DNA of 64,000 bases from a virus, in the IMG/VR virus record IMGVR_UViG_3300017917_005108, positions 1 to 64,000 of that record; one strand, 5' to 3'. A program made the position numbers and the translations under genes. Shown piece after piece: positions 1 to 8,996 of the stretch. The notes under the pieces are model-generated. The model ran no database searches, was not told the DNA's origin, and saw only the letters and a list, made by a program, of their open reading frames with translations. Within the stretch, counting starts at the first letter, position 1, and each line of letters starts with the position of its first letter.

Positions 1-235
1 CAATGCATGGACGGGTGGCACTGTATCAAACACCTTGGGTGAGTTTTTAGCCCAAGATAATCAGCTCACTTCCAGTGCTGTCAATTCAATTCTGGCAGCA
101 TTTGTTGCTGCAAATAAGACTACTGGAACCAGAATTTTAAATTTAGGAGGCACAGGCAATGCTGCACCCACAGGGGCAGGAATAACAGACAAAGCTACTC
201 TTGTGTCCAGAGGCTGGACAGTAACCACAAATTAA
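1..235 (+). CDS. C-terminal fragment of a phage tail/LRR-cap protein (5' end outside window)
   Basis: Frame open from position 2; ends NQLTSSAVNSILAAF...GNAAPTGAG...LVSRGWTVTTN, a C-terminal cap seen on phage LRR proteins. Confidence 0.55.
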   Translation, partial: NAWTGGTVSNTLGEFLAQDNQLTSSAVNSILAAFVAANKTTGTRILNLGGTGNAAPTGAGITDKATLVSRGWTVTTN

Positions 236-282
236 TATGAAAATTTATTCCAATCAAAATGTAAATACAGAAAATAATGCAT

Positions 283-688
283 TGGAGCTGGCGGGAATTG
301 AACCCGCGTCTTGAATAATTTCACTCACAGGCACTACAAGTTTATTTTAGTTATAATTTCATGAGGATTAAACTAAACAAAAAGCCCTCATTCATAACAA
401 TTTTATACATACAATCTATTAATTGTTATAACCCAGATTATACGGAAACTAGTAACACGCTCCATTTTACAAGCTTCAATCTACAATGGAACGATTGAGC
501 TTAAACTAGCTCAAGTGTGGCTTCTGTGTCCACAAAGCCAGCTGCTGCAAGAATTGCATCAGCCTCTTCGAGACTCATAGCCATGTCGAAGTTGTCTTCG
601 GCATTTAATATGATTGCTATTTTATACTGGCATGCCCCAGTACTTGCACTCATGAACTCCACCATTCAATCGATACCTTTACAGCCCC
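283..688 (-). ncRNA. ssrA: tmRNA (one-piece, 406 nt, CCA not encoded)
   Basis: 5' GGGGCTGTAAAGGTATCGA at 688; 3' GACGCGGGTTCAATTCCCGCCAGCTCCA at 283; acceptor stem GGGGCTG/CAGCTCC with G3-U alanine determinant; resume context TTAAAT-GCC; stop TAA sits at the loop of hairpin TTGAGCT..AGCTCAA. Confidence 0.95.
501..602 (-). other. tmRNA tag reading frame (A)AEDNFDMAMSLEEADAILAAAGFVDTEATLELV*
   Basis: Manual translation from resume codon GCC (600-602) to TAA (501-503). Confidence 0.85.
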
Positions 689-706
689 ATTGAGAAAGAA
701 CTATAG

Positions 707-738
707 TTGATTATATTTTATGCGCATTATATAATCAA
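707..738. promoter_or_regulatory. Overlapping bidirectional sigma70-type promoter (tmRNA / gmd)
   Basis: TTGATT-N17-TATAAT on both strands within inverted repeat TTGATTATA...TATAATCAA. Confidence 0.7.
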
Positions 739-746
739 GTATATTT

Positions 747-1757
747 ATGGCGAAGAAAGCTTTGGTCACAGGTATAACAGGTCAAGATGGGTCCTATTTA
801 GCAGAATTACTCTTAGAAAAAGGTTATGAAGTGCATGGTCTTATAAGAAGGTCTTCATCTTTTAATACAGATAGAATAGAACACCTCTATAGGGACAAAC
901 ATCAAAAAGATACTAAACTATTTTTACATTATGGGGATTTAAGTGATAGTAATGTGCTAATAAAATTGCTGGAAAAGATAAAACCTGATGAAATTTATAA
1001 TTTAGGTGCACAGAGTCATGTAAGAGTTAGCTTTGATATCCCTGAATATACAGGTGATGTTACAGGATTGGGTACAATTAGATTTTTAGATGCTATTTTA
1101 AATGTGTGCCCAACTGCAAAGTTTTATCAAGCCTCTAGTTCTGAAATGTTTGGTTTAGTTCAAGAAGTTCCACAAAGAGAAACAACACCTTTTTATCCAA
1201 GAAGTCCTTACGGTGCAGCCAAAGTATATTCTTACTGGATTACAGTTAATTATAGAGAAAGCTATGATTTGTTTGCTTGTAATGGTATTCTTTTTAACCA
1301 TGAAAGCCCTAGGAGAGGTGAAACCTTTGTTACACGTAAGATTACACGTGCTATAGCAAGAATTAAAGCAGGGTTGCAGGATAAACTATATCTTGGTAAT
1401 TTAGATGCAAAAAGAGATTGGGGTTATGCAAAAGATTATGTAGAAGCAATGTGGTTAATGTTGCAACAAGATAAGCCTGATGACTATGTTATTTCTACAA
1501 ATGAAACACATAGTGTGAGAGAGTTCTGTGAAAAAGCATTTGGTTATGCAGGGTTAGATTGGCAAAAATATGTTGCTTTTGATCCGGCTTATTTAAGACC
1601 TGCAGAAGTAGACTTATTAATAGGTGATTATTCAAAAGCAAAAAAACAGCTTGGATGGGAACCCAGGGTTAAGTTTGATGAATTAGTTAAAATTATGGTA
1701 GATGCTGATATTAATCAATTATCTAAAGAAATGTCTGGTAATAGCATTAGAATTTAA
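747..1757 (+). CDS. gmd: GDP-mannose 4,6-dehydratase
   Basis: [52 protein letters not shown] motifs. Confidence 0.97.
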   Translation: MAKKALVTGITGQDGSYLAELLLEKGYEVHGLIRRSSSFNTDRIEHLYRDKHQKDTKLFLHYGDLSDSNVLIKLLEKIKPDEIYNLGAQSHVRVSFDIPEYTGDVTGLGTIRFLDAILNVCPTAKFYQASSSEMFGLVQEVPQRETTPFYPRSPYGAAKVYSYWITVNYRESYDLFACNGILFNHESPRRGETFVTRKITRAIARIKAGLQDKLYLGNLDAKRDWGYAKDYVEAMWLMLQQDKPDDYVISTNETHSVREFCEKAFGYAGLDWQKYVAFDPAYLRPAEVDLLIGDYSKAKKQLGWEPRVKFDELVKIMVDADINQLSKEMSGNSIRI

Positions 1758-1981
1758 ACGTTTTTATCTACTATATCATCTATTCCATCTTTATTCTTAT
1801 CCTTAAATGATAGAGGATCTCTAACAAATATTTCTTTAGCGTTAAGAAATTCTTCACTTAATTCTTCATCTTTATCTAATATTATTTCATTATGGTTTTT
1901 TTTATACTGTATGAATTTTAATATCAACAGGCCTGCAGAGCTTATTAACATTAATACTAAGCTTATCTCTAAAATATTCAC
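1754..1981 (-). CDS. Small membrane protein with C-terminal DKNKDGIDD (Ca-binding-like) motif
   Basis: N-terminal hydrophobic helix; TAAATA-N5-GTG start. Confidence 0.6.
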   Translation of the reverse strand: MNILEISLVLMLISSAGLLILKFIQYKKNHNEIILDKDEELSEEFLNAKEIFVRDPLSFKDKNKDGIDDIVDKNV

Positions 1982-2046
1982 TATAATATTTATTCGGAGG
2001 TAAATAACATAATTGAATATCTAATTATAGGTAATAAATTTTAAAA

Positions 2047-3291
2047 GTGAAGATATTTGTACAGTTTGCTTCTTATAGAGATCCACAATTAGTACCAACA
2101 ATAGAAGATATGCTTGAAAAAGCTTATTACAAAGACATTTTTAATTTTGGTATATGTTGGCAGTATGGTGAAGATGAGGATACTACAAAGTATGATGGTA
2201 AAAGTAATTTTAGAATAAAAAAGCATCATTTTGATGAAAGTGGCGGTCTTGGGTGGGCAAGAAATATAACAAATCAGCTTTATAATGGTGAAGAATTAAC
2301 TTTACAATTAGATTCACATCATAGATTTGAAAAAGACTGGGATAAAGCTATGCTTGAGGATTACGAGCAAGCAAAAGGCATGGCAGAAAAGCCAATTATT
2401 TCAACGTATTGTACACCTTGGGAGCCTGATAAAAACATCTTTAACCCAACACCTTGTTTAATGTCTCAATATGAGTTTAGCAATGATAAATTATTAATGA
2501 GCAGACCTTATTATATTGGTGATTATAAATCTAGAAATAAAGTTATTAAAGCTAGAACATTATCAGGTCATTTCTTTTTAGTAGATGGTAAATTTATTTC
2601 TGAAGTACCTTATGATCCTGAGATATATTTCGGTGGATATACAGAAGAGACAACAATGAGTGTAAGAGCATTTACAAATGGTTATGATTTTTTTAGCCCA
2701 TATAGACAGTTAATATGGCATGAATATACCAGAAATTATAGAAAGAAGCATTGGGAAGATCATGGTACACAATCTAAAACAAAAAAGACAAGCGGTGAAA
2801 GAGATGTATATGCAAGAAACAAGACAAGACAAATGTTTGGTCAAGAACAACACAATATAGATATGAAAAGTTATGGATTAGGATCAGTGCGCTCCTTACA
2901 TGACTATGAAGTATATGGTGGGTTTGATTTTAAGAACTGCTTAATTCAAGAATATACTTTAAAAGTACAAGAGCCGCCAAACCCTTCAGATTGGGAGCAG
3001 CAGTTTATTACAAATGAATATAAAATGCAGGCTTTATGGGATAATACTAAAGTAAACAAAAAAGACAAAAAGCTGCAGTTTGTTGCAATTGGATTTTTAA
3101 ATAAATCTGGTATAGAGTTAAAAAGAGTAGATCTTAATCAGCAAAATGATCCAGAAGTTATAGTATCTGCAAAAAACAATTATATAACAGAATTAAAGAC
3201 AAAGGATAAGCCTGAAAAATGGGTTCTTCATCCTTACTATGAGGGTGAAGGTTGGGGTGAGCGTCAGGAAGGTTCTATTAAATTCTTATAA
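2047..3291 (+). CDS. GT60-like (Skp1-hydroxyproline / polypeptide GlcNAc transferase family) glycosyltransferase
   Basis: IFVQFASYRD, GLGWAR, LQLDSHHRFEKDWD, EVPYDP..F.G..EE..MSVRAFTNGYD motifs typical of the GlcNAc (PF11397-type) family. Confidence 0.8.
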   Translation: MKIFVQFASYRDPQLVPTIEDMLEKAYYKDIFNFGICWQYGEDEDTTKYDGKSNFRIKKHHFDESGGLGWARNITNQLYNGEELTLQLDSHHRFEKDWDKAMLEDYEQAKGMAEKPIISTYCTPWEPDKNIFNPTPCLMSQYEFSNDKLLMSRPYYIGDYKSRNKVIKARTLSGHFFLVDGKFISEVPYDPEIYFGGYTEETTMSVRAFTNGYDFFSPYRQLIWHEYTRNYRKKHWEDHGTQSKTKKTSGERDVYARNKTRQMFGQEQHNIDMKSYGLGSVRSLHDYEVYGGFDFKNCLIQEYTLKVQEPPNPSDWEQQFITNEYKMQALWDNTKVNKKDKKLQFVAIGFLNKSGIELKRVDLNQQNDPEVIVSAKNNYITELKTKDKPEKWVLHPYYEGEGWGERQEGSIKFL

Positions 3292-3994
3292 AATGGTAAT
3301 CAGCATCAGGTCCGTTACCACAGAAATACCTTTCTCTACATTCAGAAAAGATAACTGTTGGGTCAACCAATTTAAAGCCTAATGATTCAATAAAAGGAAT
3401 ACTTTCATTAACTTGCTTAGCCCCTAAATTGTACTCAACATGCTGTAATTCAATAATTAAGTGTTTTGTGTCTTTTAGGGTATTCCTCATACCATTTAAA
3501 ATATCAATCTCAGCTCCTTGTACATCTATTTTAACAAAATCAGGCAGTGGAAAATTTTTCTGTAATACTGCAGTATCAATAGTGGTAGTAATTCTTTTTG
3601 ATTCGTGCTCTTTATCATATATCTTTTCTGCAGCAGGTGAAAATTTTGAATTTTCCTTGTAATAGGAATTACCACCAAGGTAAAGAGGGTGTTCATAAAA
3701 TGTTACTTCGTTATTATCTTGATTACTAAAAACTCCCAACTGATAATCTATTCCATAATCTTTATAAAAATCTTCTACTTCTCTTAAAGCTTCAAATGCA
3801 ATAATTTTTGCATTTGGCCATAGTGTTTTAGCGTTTTTTGCCCAATGAAGAACCGCTGAACCTATATCATATATAACTGTTGGTTCAAAGTTTAAAATAT
3901 TTTTAATACCTTGTAAGTAATCTATACTTTTTTGTGGTATATTACCATCTTTATGTAACGTTTTATAATAATGTGTTAAATTACTATCTATCAT
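3278..3994 (-). CDS. FkbM-family SAM methyltransferase
   Basis: VIYDIGS, IIAFEA, PDFVKIDVQGAEIDILNG, LIIEL. Confidence 0.85.
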   Translation of the reverse strand: MIDSNLTHYYKTLHKDGNIPQKSIDYLQGIKNILNFEPTVIYDIGSAVLHWAKNAKTLWPNAKIIAFEALREVEDFYKDYGIDYQLGVFSNQDNNEVTFYEHPLYLGGNSYYKENSKFSPAAEKIYDKEHESKRITTTIDTAVLQKNFPLPDFVKIDVQGAEIDILNGMRNTLKDTKHLIIELQHVEYNLGAKQVNESIPFIESLGFKLVDPTVIFSECRERYFCGNGPDADYHFIRI

Positions 3995-5169
3995 AAGAAA
4001 TTATTTAAAAAGCTTTCCCACATAGAGCCAATTTTATTTAAATTAAATTTGTCTAATACATATTCTCTACCTTTTATTTGTTTCTCTTCTTTTAAATTAG
4101 GATTATCTTCTAAAAACTTAATTTTATCTACTATGTTTGATGTTATTTTAAACTTACCTTCATAATCTTTAGAGAGAGGCTCCGCTTGCATTTTTTGAAC
4201 ATCAACCCCTTCTGGAAAATCTAACCAATGACACAATCCATCAAAATTTTCTGGTAATGCTCCCAAAGGATATGTTAATACAGATGTACCTAGCGCTAGT
4301 GCTTCTGCAACTACACAAGAGAAGGTATCCTTATGTACATCCTGGTATGGTGTATATAGAGGGTAAATAAAATATTCACTTTCTGCTAAATGGTGAAATA
4401 GAGTTTCCTTATCTACACCATTATGAATGTGAAAAAAATCATCTTGATGTGCATGAATTACCATTAGATAGTCAAACGCATGAAATTCTTTATCAGGATA
4501 GGGCAAACGTCTAACAGATTCAATCGCTACATTACCTCCTCTTGGCCAAGAAGCATGAAAAATAAACTTATGTTTTTTTCTTTGAATGTTTTTAGACAAT
4601 GTCTTAGTTATTATCTCATCAAAAACAGGATTAGGTATCAATGATCTCTCTGTAGGTACTTTAACATTATTAAATATTGCCTGAACTATAGGCTCTGTAC
4701 AACTCTTTTCCCAATTAGAAATATTAACTATTCCTAATTTTAGGTTATGTTTATTTACATAATTAATAATTTCACCCATTCCATATAACCACTGCATGTG
4801 ACACCAGTAAATTAAACCTTTGGTTATGGTAACTGGAAGGTTTTCATAATTATGAAACCAAAGACTATTAACTAAAATATCAAAAGTTTTGTTTTCAACA
4901 TTTTCAAACTTAAAGTTTGAATAAGTAACACCATTAGAAACTGTTCCCCATTGAAATGTACTGCCATTTTTTCTTAAATTATTTTCTAACTGAGGTTCTA
5001 ATTCATCTGAAACAATAACTACTTCGTGCCCCTTAGATGCGAGATGTTCTGCAACTAAAATAGTACTTGTATCAGTTCCTGAAGCTCCTCCCCCACCGTT
5101 TCTAATAGTATCTCCAGTAAGGTAGTTGCTTCTCCTACTGTTTCCTAGGAGCGTGAATAATATTCTCAC
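3991..5169 (-). CDS. GT4-like (GT-B) glycosyltransferase
   Basis: LVAEHLASKGHEV; FHASWPRG; FIYP...DTFSCVVAEALALG...YPLGALPE. Confidence 0.8.
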   Translation of the reverse strand: MRILFTLLGNSRRSNYLTGDTIRNGGGGASGTDTSTILVAEHLASKGHEVVIVSDELEPQLENNLRKNGSTFQWGTVSNGVTYSNFKFENVENKTFDILVNSLWFHNYENLPVTITKGLIYWCHMQWLYGMGEIINYVNKHNLKLGIVNISNWEKSCTEPIVQAIFNNVKVPTERSLIPNPVFDEIITKTLSKNIQRKKHKFIFHASWPRGGNVAIESVRRLPYPDKEFHAFDYLMVIHAHQDDFFHIHNGVDKETLFHHLAESEYFIYPLYTPYQDVHKDTFSCVVAEALALGTSVLTYPLGALPENFDGLCHWLDFPEGVDVQKMQAEPLSKDYEGKFKITSNIVDKIKFLEDNPNLKEEKQIKGREYVLDKFNLNKIGSMWESFLNNFL

Positions 5170-5529
5170 TTATTTTAAAGTTAAAAGATACTTTAATCTG
5201 TTTAAAACAGCTTTCATTTCATCTCGGATATTAAGAAGATCGCTATCTTTATTATTATCAAACTCATTAGAAAGATTATCCAGAAAATCTATTCCGCTAT
5301 CTATAAATCCTATATAATCGGGGTCAAAATTTGATAGAGTTATATTATACTTTAGTTTTGCTTTTGGCTTACCGTATTTACCAGAATATACCTCTACAAA
5401 CTCATCAACTAAATCATTTAAATCTTCATATGCTTTACCAAAGGCTTTATGCTGAGCGTATGTATCTGATTGCCAATGAAATATACGTAATTGTTCTACA
5501 AGAGAGATAAAAGGGTTTATTAACGTCAC
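5170..5529 (-). CDS. DUF5856-like ferritin/Dps-like protein
   Basis: LRIFHWQS..YAQHKAFG..Y..L.DLVDEFVEVY...DLLNIRDEM...KYLLTL. Confidence 0.75.
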   Translation of the reverse strand: MTLINPFISLVEQLRIFHWQSDTYAQHKAFGKAYEDLNDLVDEFVEVYSGKYGKPKAKLKYNITLSNFDPDYIGFIDSGIDFLDNLSNEFDNNKDSDLLNIRDEMKAVLNRLKYLLTLK

Positions 5530-5581
5530 GTAATTATTTATTGTTTATGAATAAAATACAATATTTTTGCTAAATAATTAT

Positions 5582-5884
5582 ATGAAGTTGAATCTCAACA
5601 TTCAAGATAGACACATAAATGAGGGGCTTCAAGGAGAACCTACCGGATGCGCAATAGCTAGAGCATTAAAAGACAAGATCAATAATATTGTCGATGTAGG
5701 TGTATTTCCTAGCCACTTTTTTGTCTCTATCAAGAAAAACAAAAGAGTTCAATATTATACAGGTAAGCTACCAAAAATTGCTTCAAACTTTATAAAAAAG
5801 TTTGATAGAAATAAGGAACAAGCTACACCGTTTAAAATGACTCTTACAGCTAAATCTACTACAAAAACCTTAGCAACTATATAA
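5582..5884 (+). CDS. Hypothetical phage protein (start revised from 5567 to ATG 5582)
   Basis: TAAATA-N5-ATG at 5571-5584; CAIARAL motif. Confidence 0.6.
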   Translation: MKLNLNIQDRHINEGLQGEPTGCAIARALKDKINNIVDVGVFPSHFFVSIKKNKRVQYYTGKLPKIASNFIKKFDRNKEQATPFKMTLTAKSTTKTLATI

Positions 5885-5888
5885 GTTG

Positions 5889-6329
5889 TTATTTTAGTAG
5901 AGGGGCATTAAAGGCTTTGCAAAGAAGCGATGTAACATCTTTTTCTTTTACACCTTCGTAAGCCTCGTAATCACCATAAGGATCATTAGAAGTAGTAGTA
6001 ATTGAAAGAGGAAGTTTTTTTACTTTATCTAAAATAAGAAGTAAGAGTTGGTTTAAAACAACATCACTATAAGCAGAATCAACAAACTCTTTTATATTTT
6101 GGTAATTAAATTTACCACTCAAATCACTTATAGGATTTGCATACATTCCAAATACATAATGAGGAAGATATTTTACAGTCATTGCAGCACAGTCTTTAAT
6201 AACATGATAAGCAGCAGGGTTTTGTATAGTTACACCACTGTCAGGTGTATCAGAACATTTTTGAGCAGGGCTATATAATTTTGCCTCTTTTAACGGTGAG
6301 TTTTCAATTATAATATCTAGGAAACGCAT
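5889..6329 (-). CDS. Hypothetical protein
   Basis: 146-aa ORF with TAAATA-N5-ATG start. Confidence 0.6.
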   Translation of the reverse strand: MRFLDIIIENSPLKEAKLYSPAQKCSDTPDSGVTIQNPAAYHVIKDCAAMTVKYLPHYVFGMYANPISDLSGKFNYQNIKEFVDSAYSDVVLNQLLLLILDKVKKLPLSITTTSNDPYGDYEAYEGVKEKDVTSLLCKAFNAPLLK

Positions 6330-6333
6330 AAAA

Positions 6334-6747
6334 CTATTTAATATGATCTACCGCAATGCCAGCTTTCTTAAGAAGATCAATTCCAGAATTAATTCTATAA
6401 TACTCTGAGAAAACAACCCTCTTTACTTTCGCCTGAATTAATAATTTAGAACATTCAAAGCAAGGAGAAAGAGTAATGTAAACTGTAGCATCTTTACTTG
6501 ATTGTGTACTAGTGGCTAACTTCATTAATGCATTACTCTCAGCGTGTAAAACCTCTGGTCTTGTTACAAAATTTTCATCTTCACAGGAATTATTAAAACC
6601 ACTTGGTGTACCATTATAACCATCGCTAATTATTTGGTGATCTCTTACTACAAGACAACCAACCTGCATTCTTTTAGCTCTGCTAAGTTGACTCCAGGTC
6701 TTAGCAATTTCTAAATATTTTCTATCAAGAAGAAGCTGGTCTGCCAT
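6334..6747 (-). CDS. dCMP deaminase
   Basis: QVGCLVV, GYNGTPSG, HAESNAL, TLSPCFECSK zinc motifs. Confidence 0.92.
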   Translation of the reverse strand: MADQLLLDRKYLEIAKTWSQLSRAKRMQVGCLVVRDHQIISDGYNGTPSGFNNSCEDENFVTRPEVLHAESNALMKLATSTQSSKDATVYITLSPCFECSKLLIQAKVKRVVFSEYYRINSGIDLLKKAGIAVDHIK

Positions 6748-7408
6748 AGCTAAGCATTTTCATTATATCTGAAAACATATAAGGTGTATAATAAAGTTCA
6801 AATTTATTATCACTATTAAGGTAAACAACTCCTAGTTTACCAACAATCTTACCTGTCATTGTATGATACATGAATGCATATAAGGAAAGTTGTAAGCTAT
6901 AAATGTTGTACTCACACTCACTTAAATGACCAATAGGGTCTAACAGAAAAGACTTATAATTAGAGACTAGGTTAAATCTTTTATTTGTCTTAAAATCATA
7001 TACGTTAAATGTATTACCTAGATCTTCAATTACATCAGCAGTACCTGCTATTCTATAAACATGGTTATAAACAAGTTCTTCGCATTTAGACTTCTTACTA
7101 TCATATAAATTCAGACTAATGAGAGAATCAATTATATCCTTATGCTCCGGGTCTATATCACCTGTTTTATTAAAGATATCAATTACATCATGTATCTTAC
7201 TACCTCTAGTTTTGCTTTGAGCATTCATAGTATTCCACCTCTTCTTTATTTCATCAGGAGAAACACCTTCTTTATCTGCAACTTTTTTAGCAAAAAATTC
7301 TGAATCAAACTTCTTTTTAAATTTATTAATTAAAGTTGTAGCAGATGTGTATTCTATATCTGTAAAGATGTTTTTGTAAGTGTGAGATATCTTATCAAAT
7401 TTTAGCAT
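6725..7408 (-). CDS. PD-(D/E)XK family exonuclease
   Basis: RGSKIH, IAGTADVI, VYDFKT, YSLQLSLYA. Confidence 0.8.
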   Translation of the reverse strand: MLKFDKISHTYKNIFTDIEYTSATTLINKFKKKFDSEFFAKKVADKEGVSPDEIKKRWNTMNAQSKTRGSKIHDVIDIFNKTGDIDPEHKDIIDSLISLNLYDSKKSKCEELVYNHVYRIAGTADVIEDLGNTFNVYDFKTNKRFNLVSNYKSFLLDPIGHLSECEYNIYSLQLSLYAFMYHTMTGKIVGKLGVVYLNSDNKFELYYTPYMFSDIMKMLSYGRPASS

Positions 7409-7430
7409 ATCTCATTATAAATGAGACTGT

Positions 7431-7658
7431 TTATGAATCAACTCTTGCTTTAACTAATACATAAGCAACAGTAAAACTATTTGAAATAGCTTGTTTGAAA
7501 GTAAGCTTGAATCCTATGCTTGTAAGTTTTTTATCTAAAACATCAAACCATTCTTTAGATACGCTAACTAAAATTGAATGATTCTTTTTATCAATAAGAA
7601 CTGTATCTGTAAACTCTTCACAGATTGCTTGTATGTAGCTAATGTATGACGTTGCCAT
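7431..7658 (-). CDS. Hypothetical protein
   Basis: 75-aa ORF, TAAATA upstream. Confidence 0.55.
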   Translation of the reverse strand: MATSYISYIQAICEEFTDTVLIDKKNHSILVSVSKEWFDVLDKKLTSIGFKLTFKQAISNSFTVAYVLVKARVDS

Positions 7659-7683
7659 ACATTAATATTTATTCTAAATAAAA

Positions 7684-7899
7684 TTAGTTGTCCAGATCCT
7701 CGTAACTGTCTGTGTCTGTATAAGCTGAATTAATAAAAGAAATATTTTCCATATCTCTTGAGCCATATTTCATAATTTTGATTAAATAATCTAGTTCAAT
7801 TTCATTGAGGTATAAAATGCCAACCTCTTTTTCATCTACTAAAACAGATATATGAAATGCGGTATCAGAACCGCCAGAATTCTTTAATTCAAACTTCAT
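7684..7899 (-). CDS. Hypothetical protein
   Basis: 71-aa ORF, ATGA-coupled to upstream ORF. Confidence 0.55.
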   Translation of the reverse strand: MKFELKNSGGSDTAFHISVLVDEKEVGILYLNEIELDYLIKIMKYGSRDMENISFINSAYTDTDSYEDLDN

Positions 7900-8075
7900 T
7901 TATTATTGTTTACTGAATTTAAAATAGATAGTAGCTTATCATAAACCCCACCAACTGTAGTGAGATCACCAGCTCTAAAAATACCTTTCGTAGAACAAGC
8001 TTCAATAAGAGTAGCTATAACTTTAAGGTCACTTAATGTTAAATTTGTGGTTAGCTCAGTGGTTTCTTGATTCAT
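7896..8075 (-). CDS. Small phage protein (59 aa, absent from ORF track)
   Basis: MNQETTELTTNLTLSDLKVIATLIEACSTKGIFRAGDLTTVGGVYDKLL...; fills gap, ATGA overlap with next gene; resembles a small myovirus family. Confidence 0.7.
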   Translation of the reverse strand: MNQETTELTTNLTLSDLKVIATLIEACSTKGIFRAGDLTTVGGVYDKLLSILNSVNNNK

Positions 8076-8112
8076 ATAAATTATTCTATATTATATAATT
8101 ATTTATTCAACA

Positions 8113-8292
8113 TTATTTTTTTAATATTTTATTTATATAACGCGACTTTAAATTTGTAATAGCGCACTGAGAGCATTTTGTTTGATTTAATTTTTCTAAA
8201 TCTTTCTTATAATCTTCTCTTAATTGTTCGCAATTTGGAATTTCGTTTGGGCAAGGTTTTGTATCATCAAAAAACAGAGCTAAAATATTCAT
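8113..8292 (-). CDS. Four-Cys mini-protein (59 aa, absent from ORF track); paralog of N-terminus of 20618..21088
   Basis: MNILALFFDDTKPCPNEIPNCEQLREDYKKDLEKLNQTKCSQCAITNLKSRYINKILKK; abuts upstream stop. Confidence 0.75.
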   Translation of the reverse strand: MNILALFFDDTKPCPNEIPNCEQLREDYKKDLEKLNQTKCSQCAITNLKSRYINKILKK

Positions 8293-8502
8293 TTAAACAG
8301 CAAAGCCGCTATTTACGTCGTATACTAGTGCTCCTTGATAATCTGTAATTTTTACTATCTCTTGATAGTTATTTGTTCTATTGTATGCTTTTTTATGTGC
8401 TTGTAGAGCACAGTCTTCTTCAATAATAAATTTAAATGACTTTTTGTTAACTAAATCCTTAACAAAAATTGTAAACTTTTCAATATACATATCCATATAC
8501 AT
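8293..8502 (-). CDS. Hypothetical protein
   Basis: 69-aa ORF in co-directional run. Confidence 0.55.
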   Translation of the reverse strand: MYMDMYIEKFTIFVKDLVNKKSFKFIIEEDCALQAHKKAYNRTNNYQEIVKITDYQGALVYDVNSGFAV

Positions 8503-8531
8503 ATAATATAATTAAAAAGTTAATTATCAAG

Positions 8532-8864
8532 TCATTTTTTTGTAACTAAAGCTTTATAAAGGTAGGCTATTGACGGATATGTGAGTGCTGCTAATGGAAT
8601 AAAGGTTAATGGTAAGTTATTTAGTAAAATTAGTATTGAACTGACAAAAATAGATGTCCAAAAAGAAAAACAAATCCAGCAACTAGATAATGTACCGAGT
8701 TTTATATTTTTAGTTAAAAGCCAAGTATCAAAATCTTCTTGAGTTACAAATTCTTTATTAAAAATTTCTCCAATTGAAATTTTAAACGGGCTAAAAAACC
8801 ATATTACTAATACAGTTAAGACGGTAAAGAGGCCTATTAAATATGGCATTAAAAATTCTGACAT
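8532..8864 (-). CDS. Membrane protein with CxxCxSxW motif (DUF1360-like)
   Basis: Three hydrophobic segments; LSSCWICFSFW. Confidence 0.55.
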   Translation of the reverse strand: MSEFLMPYLIGLFTVLTVLVIWFFSPFKISIGEIFNKEFVTQEDFDTWLLTKNIKLGTLSSCWICFSFWTSIFVSSILILLNNLPLTFIPLAALTYPSIAYLYKALVTKK

Positions 8865-8996
8865 AAAAATATTTAAATGGAATAATTAATATTTCAATAT
8901 AAATTTTTTAATGATTAATATTATAAAACATATAATATTTTTTTTGAGACTTAAGCGAAGAAAAGCTACCAAAAAACAAAAATTTATTTATAATAT

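Noticed and set aside
283-312. tRNA gene or attachment site
   Set aside because: It is the tmRNA 3' end; no duplicate copy or integrase seen in the window
237-314. 25-aa ORF MKIYSNQ...ELAGIEPAS after the first gene
   Set aside because: Second half is antisense to the tmRNA T-arm and acceptor; at most a truncated remnant, no support as a gene
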